A DNA stretch of 64,000 nt, taken from NCBI GenBank assembly GCA_000004985.1, contig GG738870.1. One strand, given 5' to 3'. Positions within the stretch are counted from its first letter, which is position 1, and each line of letters starts with the position of its first letter. Origin of the DNA: Naegleria gruberi (Eukaryota). The translations under genes were made by a program, and so were the position numbers. Shown one piece after another: positions 23,266 to 34,734 of the stretch. The notes beneath the pieces are model-generated. The model was not told the origin of the DNA, ran no database searches, and saw only the letters and a program-made list of their open reading frames with translations.

Positions 23266-24087
23266 ATGCCAACCTTACAAAAACTAACATACACTAAAAA
23301 CGACATGAAGGATAGTGAACAGTGGTTACTTGTTTTTAATGATGTTACAAATGCGTTAAATATATTAGGAGAGGAGGTTGATAAAAGAAACAAATTATTT
23401 AAAACTTCTCCCAACTCTGGAGACTTGACAAAAATCAGCTCGGAAATCAGAAGACAATTTAAATCAATTGAAAGAGTTTTAATAGATTTAAAGGAAACAT
23501 TACCAACAATTGCAAATGAAATTTCTAAAAAGGAAGCATTGAGAAGGAAGGACGAATTACAAACACTAATCCGAAAGGAACAAGATTTTAAAAAGATGTT
23601 TGATAATCCTGCAACTGCAAGAAATGAGTTGTTTGAGGATGATGTACCAATAATTGTCAAAAAGAATTATTCAAGAGATGAGGAACCAGAATCAATAAGA
23701 GATTTGGAAGGTCATCAGATATTATCTTATCAAAAGAAGGTAATGGATGGTAGGTTTTAAATTTCTTCTTGGAACTTATTGGAATTTTAAATTATTTTAG
23801 ATCAGGATAAGAGTTTGGATGCTCTGAGTAATGCCTTGTCCAGAACTAAACAAATTGGATTGAGTATTGATGATGAATTGGATGAACATACACGTTTATT
23901 GGAAGATATTCATGAAAATGTAGATATTACTGAATCTAAAATCAAGGTTCAAACCAAAAAGATGGTAAATCTTGCCAAGAAGAACTCGTTCACTTGTTGG
24001 GGAATTATTATAGCCGTCATTTTATTTGTAATTATTATTGCCCTTTTGATTGTGTTATTTACAACCACAAAATATTTCACAAAATAA
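23266..24087 (+). CDS. Qc-SNARE, syntaxin-8-like, with C-terminal TM anchor
   Basis: Exons 23266..23749 and 23801..24087. Intron 23750..23800 (GTAGGT..TTTAG) preserves the frame. The SNARE motif SLDALSNALSRTKQIGLSIDDELDEHTRLLEDIHENVDITESKI...KKNSFTCWG plus a TM helix align position by position with human STX8 (GLDALSSIISRQKQMGQEIGNELDEQNEIIDDL...RKSASCG). Confidence 0.75.
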
Positions 24088-24183
24088 AGATTGAAATATT
24101 ATTGTAACCTATTGAGAGAATTTCATCAACTCAGTTTCATCTTGTTGAAAAATAAAACTTTATTTTTAGCAAGTAGATAAAAA

Positions 24184-25430
24184 ATGAGTTCTGTTCGGTC
24201 CTATCCAATTAATGGAGGTGTTGGTGAGCAGGATTACGTGATTCATCTGACCATTCCTGATAGTGTGCTTTCGAACATTGTACAAAATCCTGACCAATTA
24301 AGTTTGAAATTCACATCGGATCCACTTGATAATGATATTGTAAGTTTATTGACTTGTGATGATTTTAATTGTTGTTGTTATTATTGTTGTAGAAATTCGA
24401 ATTTTCGTTTGGTTCTAACAAGATGGAATTATCAGCAGCATCAAAGAATGAATGTCCTGATCTTTATTGTTTGTCTGATAACAAATTTGAACATATAGGA
24501 ATGATTAAACATCGTGCAAATTTAAATTTGGATATGATGAAAGGGAGGGCTCCTAATCCACCTACTCTCACAAAGTCAGGTTCAAAACAATTTGGAAGTA
24601 AAGGTAGTAATTTAAATATAAGAACAGATAGAAAAAAGATTAGTGCATCATCGGCAAATCCTGATTCCATTGCTGCAAAATTCAGGAGAGATGTAGATTC
24701 ACCTGTAGTAATGAGAAAAACAGTTAGTCAAGCGAGTACATCATCAAATAATGAACAACAATCATCAAAACAAACAGAAAAAGTATCAAATAGTCAGTCA
24801 TCATCACAAGCATCAAATGTTATGCCCGAATCACCAAGATCAGATATGGATTCATCACCTATTCGTGGAGATGATTTCGGAAATGATTCTATGCCAGTTT
24901 CACCTTCCAATGAAGAAGAAGTGGAATCTAAGAATGAGTTTGATAGAACAAGTTATCCTCACAAACCACCTGTAAAAGCTAGACCTACAAGTAGTACATA
25001 TACAGTTAAAGTAGGAACAAAACAATTGCAAGCATTTAGTTTATTAACTGTTGCTATTGGTAGTGGAATTACTATTGGAGATACAACTGTAAAGCGACCT
25101 AACATTTCAAAAATTGAAACTTTTGAACAATATAACCAATACAAGAAGGAATTTAATGAGAACTACAAAAAATACAAGGAATTGGATAAAATACTGAATG
25201 ATAATGTAGAATACTTTAAGGGTTTAGCTAGTGAATGGAAAACACTTCCAAATGATGAAAAGACTGAATCCAACAATGAGATACAAAAACTATTTAACAG
25301 AAGAAAAACTGATGTTCAAACACTTACAAAAAAGTTTAACGCTATGCATGAAGAGTTAGATTGCATAAAGAAACTTTTGTTGGAATATGCCACTAGAAAT
25401 GCATCCAATGGAAAATCGAATGACATATAA
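24184..25430 (+). CDS. hypothetical protein: N-terminal beta-rich region, Ser-rich linker, C-terminal coiled coil (weak EAF-family resemblance)
   Basis: Exons 24184..24339 and 24393..25430. Intron 24340..24392 (GTAAGT..TTGTAG) is in frame. No confident domain assignment. Confidence 0.4.
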
Positions 25431-25498
25431 AGTACAATATAATAATTTATTCTTCCCTCCACCTCTGTAATAAAGTCTTTGTGAATATTATTAATGTT

Positions 25499-26377
25499 TT
25501 ATCCATTAGGTTTAACTGCACAGTTAGAAATCAAGTGAGAGAGTTCACTTTCTGGTTGACAGAGAGAAACTTTGCTCAAGACTTCTCTCATTTGTTCAGC
25601 CAAATATTGTGCCATTGCTTTTCTAATTTGGAAGTAGCTGTGGGAAAGCGTCTGCAATTGTTTCACTCTCTTCCTTTCCAAAACCTCAAAGTGAGTCAGA
25701 ATATTGTAAACACTTCTGTCAACTTTTTGAATCAGTTCTTCTTGAGTTTTGATAACTTGCTTATCCTCGGCAATATAGGTTTCTAAATTCTTGACCTCAA
25801 AATCAATTTTTGTCTTTTCAGCTATTGAGGTGAGTGGAGCACTTTTAATTTCCTGCAACTTTTTCGATCGTTCGGCGCATCTCTTTCTCAATTTATCTAA
25901 TTCTTTAAGAGAGCTTGTTTTTTGTGCTTCCAAAATTTTAAACTCTGATTTTCCAGCCTTTGTGAGATCTTTAATTGTTTGAACAAGAACTCCAACTTTT
26001 TGGTATAAATCATCCAATGCAGAACACGGAGTGAATGGATCCTTAGTGAGTGTAGTCATTCCTATGCACATTTTGTGAACAATATTTACATCTTCTGGAG
26101 GGTTTTTGTGCAGGTTTGTATTTGTGGTAAAGGCCTCTACACTTGTCAGTGTTGCCTTATTCATTGTTCTATAATATTCCGAAGTTTTCTTAATTGCTTT
26201 TCCAAAACTTTCCACCTCCTCTGCGTTCTTCTTTAATAAACTCAATACATCAGGAACATTATTAATTAACCTCATTGAAAATTTCGATTCTCCTCTCAGC
26301 TCATCCGAAGGAGAATTGCCCAATATTAAACCAACATCAACAACAAGAGGTGCTTGTTTCGATACTATACCACCCAT
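25499..26377 (-). CDS. N-myristoylation-motif (MGGIVSK) coiled-coil protein; paralogue of the N-terminal half of the adjacent divergent gene
   Basis: ATG at 26377..26375. Met-Gly-Gly-Ile-Val-Ser-Lys fits the N-myristoylation consensus (Gly2, Ser6). About 290 aa of predicted helix. Segments ...DPFTPCSALDDLYQKVGVLVQTIKDL and ...ILTHFEVLERKRVKQLQTLSHSYFQ each have counterparts in gene 26558..28892. Confidence 0.55.
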   Translation of the reverse strand: MGGIVSKQAPLVVDVGLILGNSPSDELRGESKFSMRLINNVPDVLSLLKKNAEEVESFGKAIKKTSEYYRTMNKATLTSVEAFTTNTNLHKNPPEDVNIVHKMCIGMTTLTKDPFTPCSALDDLYQKVGVLVQTIKDLTKAGKSEFKILEAQKTSSLKELDKLRKRCAERSKKLQEIKSAPLTSIAEKTKIDFEVKNLETYIAEDKQVIKTQEELIQKVDRSVYNILTHFEVLERKRVKQLQTLSHSYFQIRKAMAQYLAEQMREVLSKVSLCQPESELSHLISNCAVKPNG

Positions 26378-26557
26378 CTTTCTCTATGATGATGATGATT
26401 TCATTCAGTGATGGAAGATGATTTTAGAAAGGTATTGTGATGGTTTTTTTTCGTTTTGGGCGCAGTATATACTACAACGAATGCCTTATCGCACTCAACA
26501 CATGTCTTTTTAGCCCGAATAAAAAAGCACAACCAACAATACAACAATAACATCATC
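26378..26557. promoter_or_regulatory. 180-bp bidirectional promoter region between two divergently transcribed paralogues
   Basis: Lies between the ATGs of the minus-strand gene (26377) and the plus-strand gene (26558). Both genes encode MGGIV(A)SK N-termini. Confidence 0.5.
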
Positions 26558-28892
26558 ATGGGAGGCATTGTAGCATCGAAACCGACTATTAATCTCTCAG
26601 AGGAACCTCTCACTACACTAGTGGATCCAACCTTCCCGAAATTGTTGTTTGATCACTTTGATAAGGTTACTGATTTTTTCAATGATAAGATTGCTGAAGT
26701 TGAATGTTTTGAAAAAGTAGTGGAGAATTACTCTCATTACTATCACAATATTTATGATATTCATTCTTTTAAAAAAAAGTTGCAGTAAGTGGGTAATATT
26801 GAGGAAATTTAATGACTAATTTGTTTGAATTAGAAAAACCGAAAATGTTCCATCACATTTGGATATTTGCCGTAAGGTTGCTCAAGGATTCGAAGATTGT
26901 GGAAAGGATTATTATAAAATTTATGAAGATTTGGATTCCATTTTGACAAAAATTAGGTTGTTGAAAATAACATTAAAGGAATATGTAAATAGTGCAAAAG
27001 TTGAGGAAACAAATTTGAATTATGAACTGGAAAATGCTAACAAGGATGTTGAAAATTCAAAATTAAAAGAAACCAAATTAACATTATCAGTAATTGAGGC
27101 CCAATCTGAGAACGACCAACCTAAGGTTGACCGACTTCAAATTCAATTGAAACAAGCAAATTCTGACACTGAAAGTTTTGAAAAAACTTTTGAAACTATC
27201 AACAATCAAAGAAAGAGGAAACTAACCAACATTCTGACTCATCTTGAAATAATGGAAAAGAAGAGGTTTATAGAGCTCAAAGAACTAGCTTCGAATTTCT
27301 CAAAAGTACAATTCGATGTTCTTGAATTTGAATCCCATACAACTGAAACATGTGAAAAAGGAATTGATGATATTTCAGAAGAATCAGAAATTAAATATTT
27401 CATTGCAAAATGTACAAAGGGAGATATTAATCAAATCAAAGATGATGTTCCAACTCCAAAAATTCAAATTGCACAGATAGCCTATTTTAACAAAATTCTT
27501 TCTGACCCAGAGGATCCAGACAAGGTTGATTTGGGTGTTTGGCTGAAAAACTCTAGTGACAAAGTTAAAGAGGAAATTGAATCAAGCAAACCCTTTACTG
27601 ACTCTGAATTTCCACCAAATCACAATTCCGTCGTGGGTTTACAAACAATTACGAAGAGATTAGATTTAACCTGGAAGAGAGCTACTGATGTCTACAAGCA
27701 ACTAAAATTTGGAGAGTTTTCACCAGACAATATAGCTCCAAGGAAAGGTGACTCATGGTTACTTTCATATCTGTACTGTATTGCCCAAAAACCAGAATTG
27801 GTTTCAAAATTATTTTCAGTCAACGAACTTAACACTGCAGGAATTTATGAGGTAAATTTATGTGTTGGTGGAGAGTTTACTAAGGTAATTATCGATGACC
27901 ACTTCCCTTTCGATAAAGATAATGTTCCACACTTTGGTGCAAGCAAGAAGGAAGAGCTTTGGGTACCTCTAGTAGTGAAAGCTTTTGCAAAGGCAGTTGG
28001 ATGTTTTTTGAAATTGGAGGCAAACTTTTATTATCTTGGATTTCAAGTACTCACCGGTTATCCAAATTATGACATTATATTCAATGATACAAACTCAAAG
28101 AAACCTTCCTTCCTTGATGCCTGTTGGACAGCAGTTAACCAAGCACCAAAGAAGGGTTATTTGATTAATTGTTTCTCAAGATTTGATGTTGATAAGGGAT
28201 TAGATCCATCAGCTTCTTATATAGTTCTTGACAGTTATTCAAAAGACGATGTTAAATTACTTCAACTTGCAAACCCATGGAAATCAACTCAATGGAATGG
28301 GGATTGGAATGATTCAGATCCAATGTGGACAGAAGAGATGAAGTCTTTAGTTAGTTTCAAGCAAGATAACGAACGATCTTTCTGCATGGCATTCTCTGAC
28401 TTTGTCAAGTGTTTCTCTCATATTAATATTTGTAGATACAATCCTTCATTGAAAAGAAAAACACTTTCAGTTCGAGTTCAGCAATTAGAAAATAATGTGG
28501 AGAACGAATATCCGGTCATTGAGTTCAGTTTCTCAACAGATTCAAATGAATGCTACTTTGGAATTCACCAACTTCACACAATATTTAAGGATGCACCATT
28601 CTCAAATTCAGTTATGGGATTTGTAGTTGTAAATAAGGAGCAAGCCAAAGAAGTTACCAAGTTCATTACAACAACCACTGAGAAGGAGTATTCATTACAA
28701 AAGAATTTGAAAGCAAACACAGTTTATCAGTTAGTCCCTCTACTGTTCCAAAAATTGGCAGATCTTAAAAAGATAGTGATAAGTGTTCAGCAAGCAGACG
28801 AAAAGTTTAGTTGGAAATTGCTAGAAAAATCTCAAGTTATTATTGGCAAGCAAGAAATGACAAAAGCCCAGTTAAAAAAGATGGTTTATTGA
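26558..28892 (+). CDS. calpain-like protein: N-myristoylation motif and coiled-coil N-terminal half fused to a CysPc-type calpain domain that lacks the catalytic Cys and His
   Basis: Exons 26558..26784 and 26834..28892. Intron 26785..26833 (GTAAGT..ATTAG) is in frame. N-terminus MGGIVASK. Calpain domain markers: FTDSEFPPNHNSV (compare FvDpeFpp), GDSWLLS in place of the GDCWLL active-site Cys, ...EVNLCVGGEFTKVIIDDHFP, ...ELWVPLVVKAFAK, SASYIV in place of GHAYSV (His lost), and LANPWKSTQWNGDWNDSDPMW (Asn/NPWG retained). Confidence 0.7.
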
Positions 28893-31837
28893 AGAGAGTA
28901 CTTCTCTTTCTCTGCTAGCAGTCTCAATTTTTCAGCAAATTCCTTTTCCAATTCCAATCTTCGTTCTTCTAATTCACATAACACTTGCAATACATCATTA
29001 TTTTCATAGCTGGTATTGGAATCAACAAAAGATTTCATGAGCATTACCTTTTTGTCTTGCTCTATGACAGCCATTTTTTGATCTTCATACTTTTGTAATG
29101 CAAAAGTTCTCCTAGGTTTGACAATAAAATCATTTTCAGTAAAGCTAGAGCTAATGCCTAAATCATCTCTTGTTCTCTTCTTTTCATGAATTGATCCTCT
29201 GTTCAGTAAATAATTACTGAAACCATCAATAGAAGATTCCAAACGTTCTTGCTTATTAAATTCATAGGTTTGAGGATTGTTTTGAACTATGGCTTGTTCA
29301 ACAAGTAACTTGTTGTAGTATTTACCAATCTTGATAACATAGTTCTTCAACTTTTTGAATGCCAAGGTCATGAATTCTGGTGAATTATCAGTTAGTAAAG
29401 AGTCACCAATGTCTAGCACTTTGTAATCTTCAAAGTAAAAATCTTGTGTTACAGCTGTGAAATTCTTTCTCATATTTGATACATAAGGTTCCATACGATG
29501 CTTCTCCATATCATTCTTAGTGTAGTACAATAAACAGTACAAGTAAACACCAGCCATAAAACATGGAACAAGTTCCTTAACCTCCAAATAGTACAAAATA
29601 TAATTGATATCGTTGGTAAGGAAAACCTCTTTCAAATTAATTTGAACATTTCCAACGAGTGTGCCCACAGTTACAGGGGTGCCATCAAAGGCCAGATTCA
29701 TCAATGCCTCCAAAGTATCAATATTAATTGGAATATTACTCTTACTTTCAACAATTGAAAAATAGCCCCTAGAATAAATCAAACCAAGAAGAACAGCCAA
29801 ATAACTTGGATGCTCATTGACTATTGGTTCATAATTCAACCATCTTTCTATTGAGGATTTGGCCAAATTTTTTACAACTGATTCATTGAATTTTAAGAGG
29901 TCAAATCCATCCTCCTCTTCAATCTTTGGTGTTTGGATAGGTTGACTTGGTGACTTTTGATTGGTTTTCTCAGAAACTACATCAGAAGTTTCATCCATAG
30001 CCGAACTGCTTGGAGTAAAGTTGTTGACAACATTTTTAATGTCTTTCATGACATCTAATGGTTGTGTGACAACAGCGTCTGCAGCATCTTGAACACTTGT
30101 ACAAAATCTTGTAATAGGTTGATAATGTGAGTGAAGTAAATCATCCAACTTGAGAATGGAATGATTATTCAAAAAGTCATGATATTCAATTGGTTTAGAA
30201 ACATCACAAATAACAGGTTCTCTAATGAGAGGAAGTTTCTCACGACCTGCCTTCTTTCTAAAACCAAATCTAACTTCTTGAACAAAGGCCTTATCGAATT
30301 GAGCTGTTTCATCAGCAGTTACACCAAAGAATGAATTACCAGATTGTTTCAAAAAGCTTTCCTTGTTCATTCTGTAGGCAATAATGAAACCACAATGTTT
30401 CACTAAATCAGCACTGCACTTTCTACCATAAGTTCCAATAGCAATTTGTGCACTGTAATCTTGTGGATTGACTGATTGTGAGTAGAATGTTTCCAAATGT
30501 GTTAAAACTTCTCTCTTTTTTGATGAATTTTCACAGAATACTACAAATCCAAAAATTGCAATTTCATTCAAATTAAGTTTTGGAATGAGTTTTTCAATTT
30601 CATTGCATTGATACATTCTATTTTGTGTCATTTGGAAAATTGAATTTGTAGGATTTTGATTCAAGAAGAGTTTCAATGTTACTTTTGCAGTTTGAACATT
30701 GTAACATACAGGAAAACCTGCGCGTTGTTGATTAATTTTACCATTTAAAGTTGCTTTAGAAACTGCAGTTGGAGGATAGGCACTCATTGAAGCACTTGAA
30801 GAAAAGAAGGAGGAGAAAACATTTGGTTGTAAATGTTGTTGAGAATATGAATGGGTTGTTTGATCAACATTTTGTTGCATTAAATTATTTCCTGACAGTA
30901 ACAAAATTGGATTGTCATTATAATTATTTGTTGCATTTGATTTATCTTGAAGAAGTGAATTAATTGATTGTGGAGGAAGCATTTGTGTGGAGGATGAATT
31001 TGAAGAAGGAGGTGATGATGAAAGATTTGAATGTTGAGGTGTTTGCACCAATGTGACAGTATTCATCAATTGAGTTAATTGATCAGGAGTTAAACCATTT
31101 GGTGATCCATAATTACCTAAATTAGGACTTGTAGAATTAACTGGTGATGGTGTATTCAAGTGATTTGGTGAATAGTTTGGATAAAAATCAAAAGTACTAT
31201 TGTAATTATTGTAATTATTATTATTTAAACTATTTAAAGCTTGATGATTCAAATTAAATTGAATATTTTGTATCAATGATGACAAATTATTGTTATTATT
31301 ATTAGGATAATCAGTTAATTGTTGTTGTTGTTGTTGTAATAATTGATAAATAGCATTAGTATTATAAATAGTAGTATTATGATGATGTGGTTGAGTAGTA
31401 CCACCAACAGCACCAGTATTATACATTGATTGTGCTTGCTGTTGTTGAATGGTATGATTATTAGGTTGACCACCATTAATCATCATATTCGAATTATTAG
31501 TAACAGTAGTAGTAGCAGTAGTATTATTGGATACTACTAGGGAAGGTGATGATGAAATCATTCCTCCAACAATACCAACACCACTACTTCCCACCACTGA
31601 TGATGATGGTGCTGATGATGATGATGATGGAGTGTTTGCTGACGATGATGATGATGGTGTAGTATTGCTCATAACAATGTTATTAGTAAGTACTGCTGCA
31701 GTTGTATTATTATTATGATGATGATTAGTACCTCCAGAATTCAAAACAACGTGATGAGGTATAACAGTTTGTGTTGTTAATGAGGATGGTGGTCGTTGAG
31801 TTTGATTTGAAGTAGTGGCTGTGGGTGGTTGATTCAT
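28886..31837 (-). CDS. Q/N/S/T-rich low-complexity protein with a structured C-terminal 550 aa; function unknown
   Basis: ATG at 31837..31835. The N-terminal 430 aa are homopolymer-rich (polyQ, polyN, polyS, HHHNNN). The C-terminal part has no assignable domain. Its 3' end overlaps the 3' end of the convergent calpain-like gene by 7 nt (28886..28892). Confidence 0.5.
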   Translation of the reverse strand: MNQPPTATTSNQTQRPPSSLTTQTVIPHHVVLNSGGTNHHHNNNTTAAVLTNNIVMSNTTPSSSSSANTPSSSSSAPSSSVVGSSGVGIVGGMISSSPSLVVSNNTTATTTVTNNSNMMINGGQPNNHTIQQQQAQSMYNTGAVGGTTQPHHHNTTIYNTNAIYQLLQQQQQQLTDYPNNNNNNLSSLIQNIQFNLNHQALNSLNNNNYNNYNSTFDFYPNYSPNHLNTPSPVNSTSPNLGNYGSPNGLTPDQLTQLMNTVTLVQTPQHSNLSSSPPSSNSSSTQMLPPQSINSLLQDKSNATNNYNDNPILLLSGNNLMQQNVDQTTHSYSQQHLQPNVFSSFFSSSASMSAYPPTAVSKATLNGKINQQRAGFPVCYNVQTAKVTLKLFLNQNPTNSIFQMTQNRMYQCNEIEKLIPKLNLNEIAIFGFVVFCENSSKKREVLTHLETFYSQSVNPQDYSAQIAIGTYGRKCSADLVKHCGFIIAYRMNKESFLKQSGNSFFGVTADETAQFDKAFVQEVRFGFRKKAGREKLPLIREPVICDVSKPIEYHDFLNNHSILKLDDLLHSHYQPITRFCTSVQDAADAVVTQPLDVMKDIKNVVNNFTPSSSAMDETSDVVSEKTNQKSPSQPIQTPKIEEEDGFDLLKFNESVVKNLAKSSIERWLNYEPIVNEHPSYLAVLLGLIYSRGYFSIVESKSNIPINIDTLEALMNLAFDGTPVTVGTLVGNVQINLKEVFLTNDINYILYYLEVKELVPCFMAGVYLYCLLYYTKNDMEKHRMEPYVSNMRKNFTAVTQDFYFEDYKVLDIGDSLLTDNSPEFMTLAFKKLKNYVIKIGKYYNKLLVEQAIVQNNPQTYEFNKQERLESSIDGFSNYLLNRGSIHEKKRTRDDLGISSSFTENDFIVKPRRTFALQKYEDQKMAVIEQDKKVMLMKSFVDSNTSYENNDVLQVLCELEERRLELEKEFAEKLRLLAEKEKYSLQ

Positions 31838-32987
31838 AGAGTTTCAAACTCTTTTTTTTTCTTGTGGGGAAATTCGAGCATCTCTTGCGCTTTATTTTGA
31901 CAAGTAATTGGAATTTGTTGATTATAATCACAGTTTGTTGTTATCAGTTTCTTCACACACAATTAATAAGAGAGGATTGAGAACGTTGATGGGGAGTTGA
32001 CAAGCAATTTTTCGAATGACCTTGCCATGTAATTGTTTTGGTGCTAACCTCTCTAACTTCATTGTACCTTAAGAAGAAAGTTTGCTGCAGTAAGAAGTCA
32101 CTTATTTTGCAACAATTCCAATTGAATCATGTAACAGATTTTGAATTTGGTAGGAGGAGAATGTCGGGCGAAGCACTCCTCAGTTTTGGCATTTTGGATG
32201 CGTTATCTTGTTGTCATTATCGTTGGTTAGTGAAACTTCATTGAGTGTTTACTTGCATTTACAGTTTTTTCACATAGAACTGAACAACTTGGACAAAGAT
32301 TTGGTAGGTTTAGGATAGATATCGCTGCGACAACCTTCACAACAGTAGTGAATTTTTCTCAGTTTTCTTTAGGTTTTGAATTATTAAATGGATTTCACAT
32401 CTTCTAAGCATTTGAAGTTGTGATGGTAGATAAATGCAAAGGTTCAAACATCCAATGAACATTGTTTGTCTATTCGAAAATCTGTCAACATCAAGGATAA
32501 AAAGACATGTTATCTAATGTTTCGAATTAACCTTGATTGTAATGATGTTATAACCAATTTATTCTCCTAAAGTCATAATTTGACATAAATTGTTCTGAAC
32601 TTTTCGCATAGTTGGTGCAGCTGAGAGAACGACACAAAATTCCTATAAGGCCAAACAATCCAACAAGAAATGGCTGAATAATTCCATCAGATTTTATATC
32701 ATTCTTCCAACTCTCATTGTCATTAGCTTAGTATCCTAATTGTTTAAGTAAGCAATTTAACCGACTACAGACACCTCTGTTGTTTGTTAAAAACAGTAGA
32801 TGTACTAAGGAAGTTACATTATTCACTCTTCAATTTTTAATTCAGTTCTCATTATTTCAAATTCTTAATTGTTGTTCTTTAGAAGAATTTTTAAAAAGAA
32901 ATTAAGAACAACAATTAAGAAAAGGCATCTGAAAAGCATTGGGCAAATAAATTATTTATTAATATTTTTTTCTCACATATAGTACAC

Positions 32988-34608
32988 TTATTTCTTTTGC
33001 ATCTTTGCACGTTGGGCCATAATCATTGACATCATGTCACCACCGCCACCGCCACTACTGACAGGTGGGCTAGAGCTGGCAGAATTACCACCACCACCAC
33101 CACCGCCACTTTTTGGTGGCAATTTTGGAGAATCATCTGGTGGAGTAACCTTACGAAGAGATTTACCGGCACGAATTGAGGCAAGCAAGTCATCTCTACC
33201 ACCACCTGAATCATCTGATGGCATTTCAACAGCAGCTCTTGTTGGAGGAGGTGGAGTATTCTTTGGTGGAGGAGGTGGACTGACACCACTTGGAGGAGGA
33301 GGAACACCACCACCACTTGGAGGAGGTGGAGGTGTACTCTTAACTGGAGGTGGTGGAGGTGGACTACCACTTGACATTGGTGGAGGAGGTGGTGGGCCTG
33401 TATTCATTGGTGGGGGTGGTGGAGTACTCTTCATTGGTGGAGGAGGTGGCATATTGTTCGATTGAAATGGAGGAGGTGGAGTGCCTGTATTCATTGGAGG
33501 AGGTGGAGGTGTGTTCTTAACTGGAGGTGGAGGAGGCATGTTATTTGTAATTGGTGGTGGAGGAGGAGTGCCTGTATTCATTGGTGGTGGAGGAACACTA
33601 TTATTCATTGGTGGAGGTGGAGGATTATTGACATTTGGTGGAGGTGGTCTACTGTTAATTGTTGGTGTTGAAGCAGATGAGAATGATGATTGTCTGCTAT
33701 AAGTACTAACTGGTGAAGAGACACTTGAAGGAGTTCCTGGAGTGAGTGGAATATCCAAACTAACAGGGTTACCCAATAATCCAGCAGATGATCCAGCTCT
33801 ACTTGCAGTTGTGAAATCAGTCTTATTTTGGAAAGTATTGGTTTGATAAGATTGATTACTGGAAGAGCTCATAGTATCACCACTTTCACTCCAATCATTG
33901 AATGAAGCAATATTATTCTTGAAATTTGAAGTTGGTAAATCAATAACCTTCTTCTTAAGACCTGTACGTGATGTTGGTTTGACAGCATGCATTTTGGTCA
34001 ATTCTTCACGACCAGTCATTGAACGTGCTGATTTCAAACGATCATAAATAATTGTCATTTCAGCTCCAATACGATTAATTTCTTGTGATTCTAATTCAAT
34101 CAAAGTTTCCAATTCACGACTTGATGAATCAATAAAAAAGACAACATTCTAATATAAATTATTATCATAATATCATAATATCAAAAACAACCATCGAGCG
34201 GAGAGGAAAGTTTAAAACCATCAATTTTCAATTAAAATAACAACAAAAAGTTTACCATCATTCAGCACCACATTAAATCATCATCGTCATCAACAAACAC
34301 AGCAAAGGATTAACGACAATTGTTTGTAGTTTTTGGCGGGAACAAATCAATTGGTTTGTTAAAATAAAGAACACAACACAGACGCAACATGTTGTTAGCC
34401 TTCCTTTTGCTTTAAAAAAACTTACAGTTAAAACGGCGGCAAGATAATCTTTGGTTTTTTCAAAAGTTCCTTCCTTGTCGCTATTTTGATAATTGTAACA
34501 ACACCAATTGATAATTTCGCCAATCTTCTTTTCTGTTTGTTCCAACTTGGCGATTTCTTCAGGTGTTTTGTTCAGCTGCTCGATGAGCTGCTGATTGAGT
34601 TGAGACAT
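32988..34608 (-). CDS. proline-rich WH2-domain actin-regulatory protein (N-terminal coiled coil, 11 polyproline repeats, C-terminal WH2 motif)
   Basis: Exons 34426..34608 and 32988..34148. Intron 34149..34425 (GTAAGT..TATTAG, 277 nt) is phase 0 and was checked. Repeats follow the pattern (M/V)(N/K)(N/T)xxPPPPP(M/V). The WH2 motif is RDDLLASIRAGKSLRKV, followed by a Gly-rich, basic tail. Confidence 0.65.
33040..33680. repeat. tandem coding repeat (GGN/CCN-rich units of about 60 nt) encoding the polyproline modules
   Basis: ggtggaggaggtgg... units recur on the plus strand. They are the reverse complement of the PPPPP-encoding repeats of gene 32988..34608. The plus-strand Gly-rich ORFs are mirror artefacts. 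Confidence 0.7.
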
Positions 34609-34734
34609 TTTTTAATTAAATATTTTTTATTAAAATTTTTTTCAATCAAATGTCAATCCACTTTTTGACAGCCCATTTGTTCTAATTTCCAACACAATAC
34701 CCCAAATCTTTTTACAAAGATATTTATTGGTTGA

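Noticed and set aside
33034-33702. Plus-strand ORFs encoding Gly-rich peptides (143 aa, 73 aa, 69 aa)
   Set aside because: They are the reverse-complement reading of the polyproline repeats (CCN read as GGN) of the minus-strand WH2 gene. That gene has a proper ATG, introns and a WH2 motif, so these ORFs are mirror artefacts.
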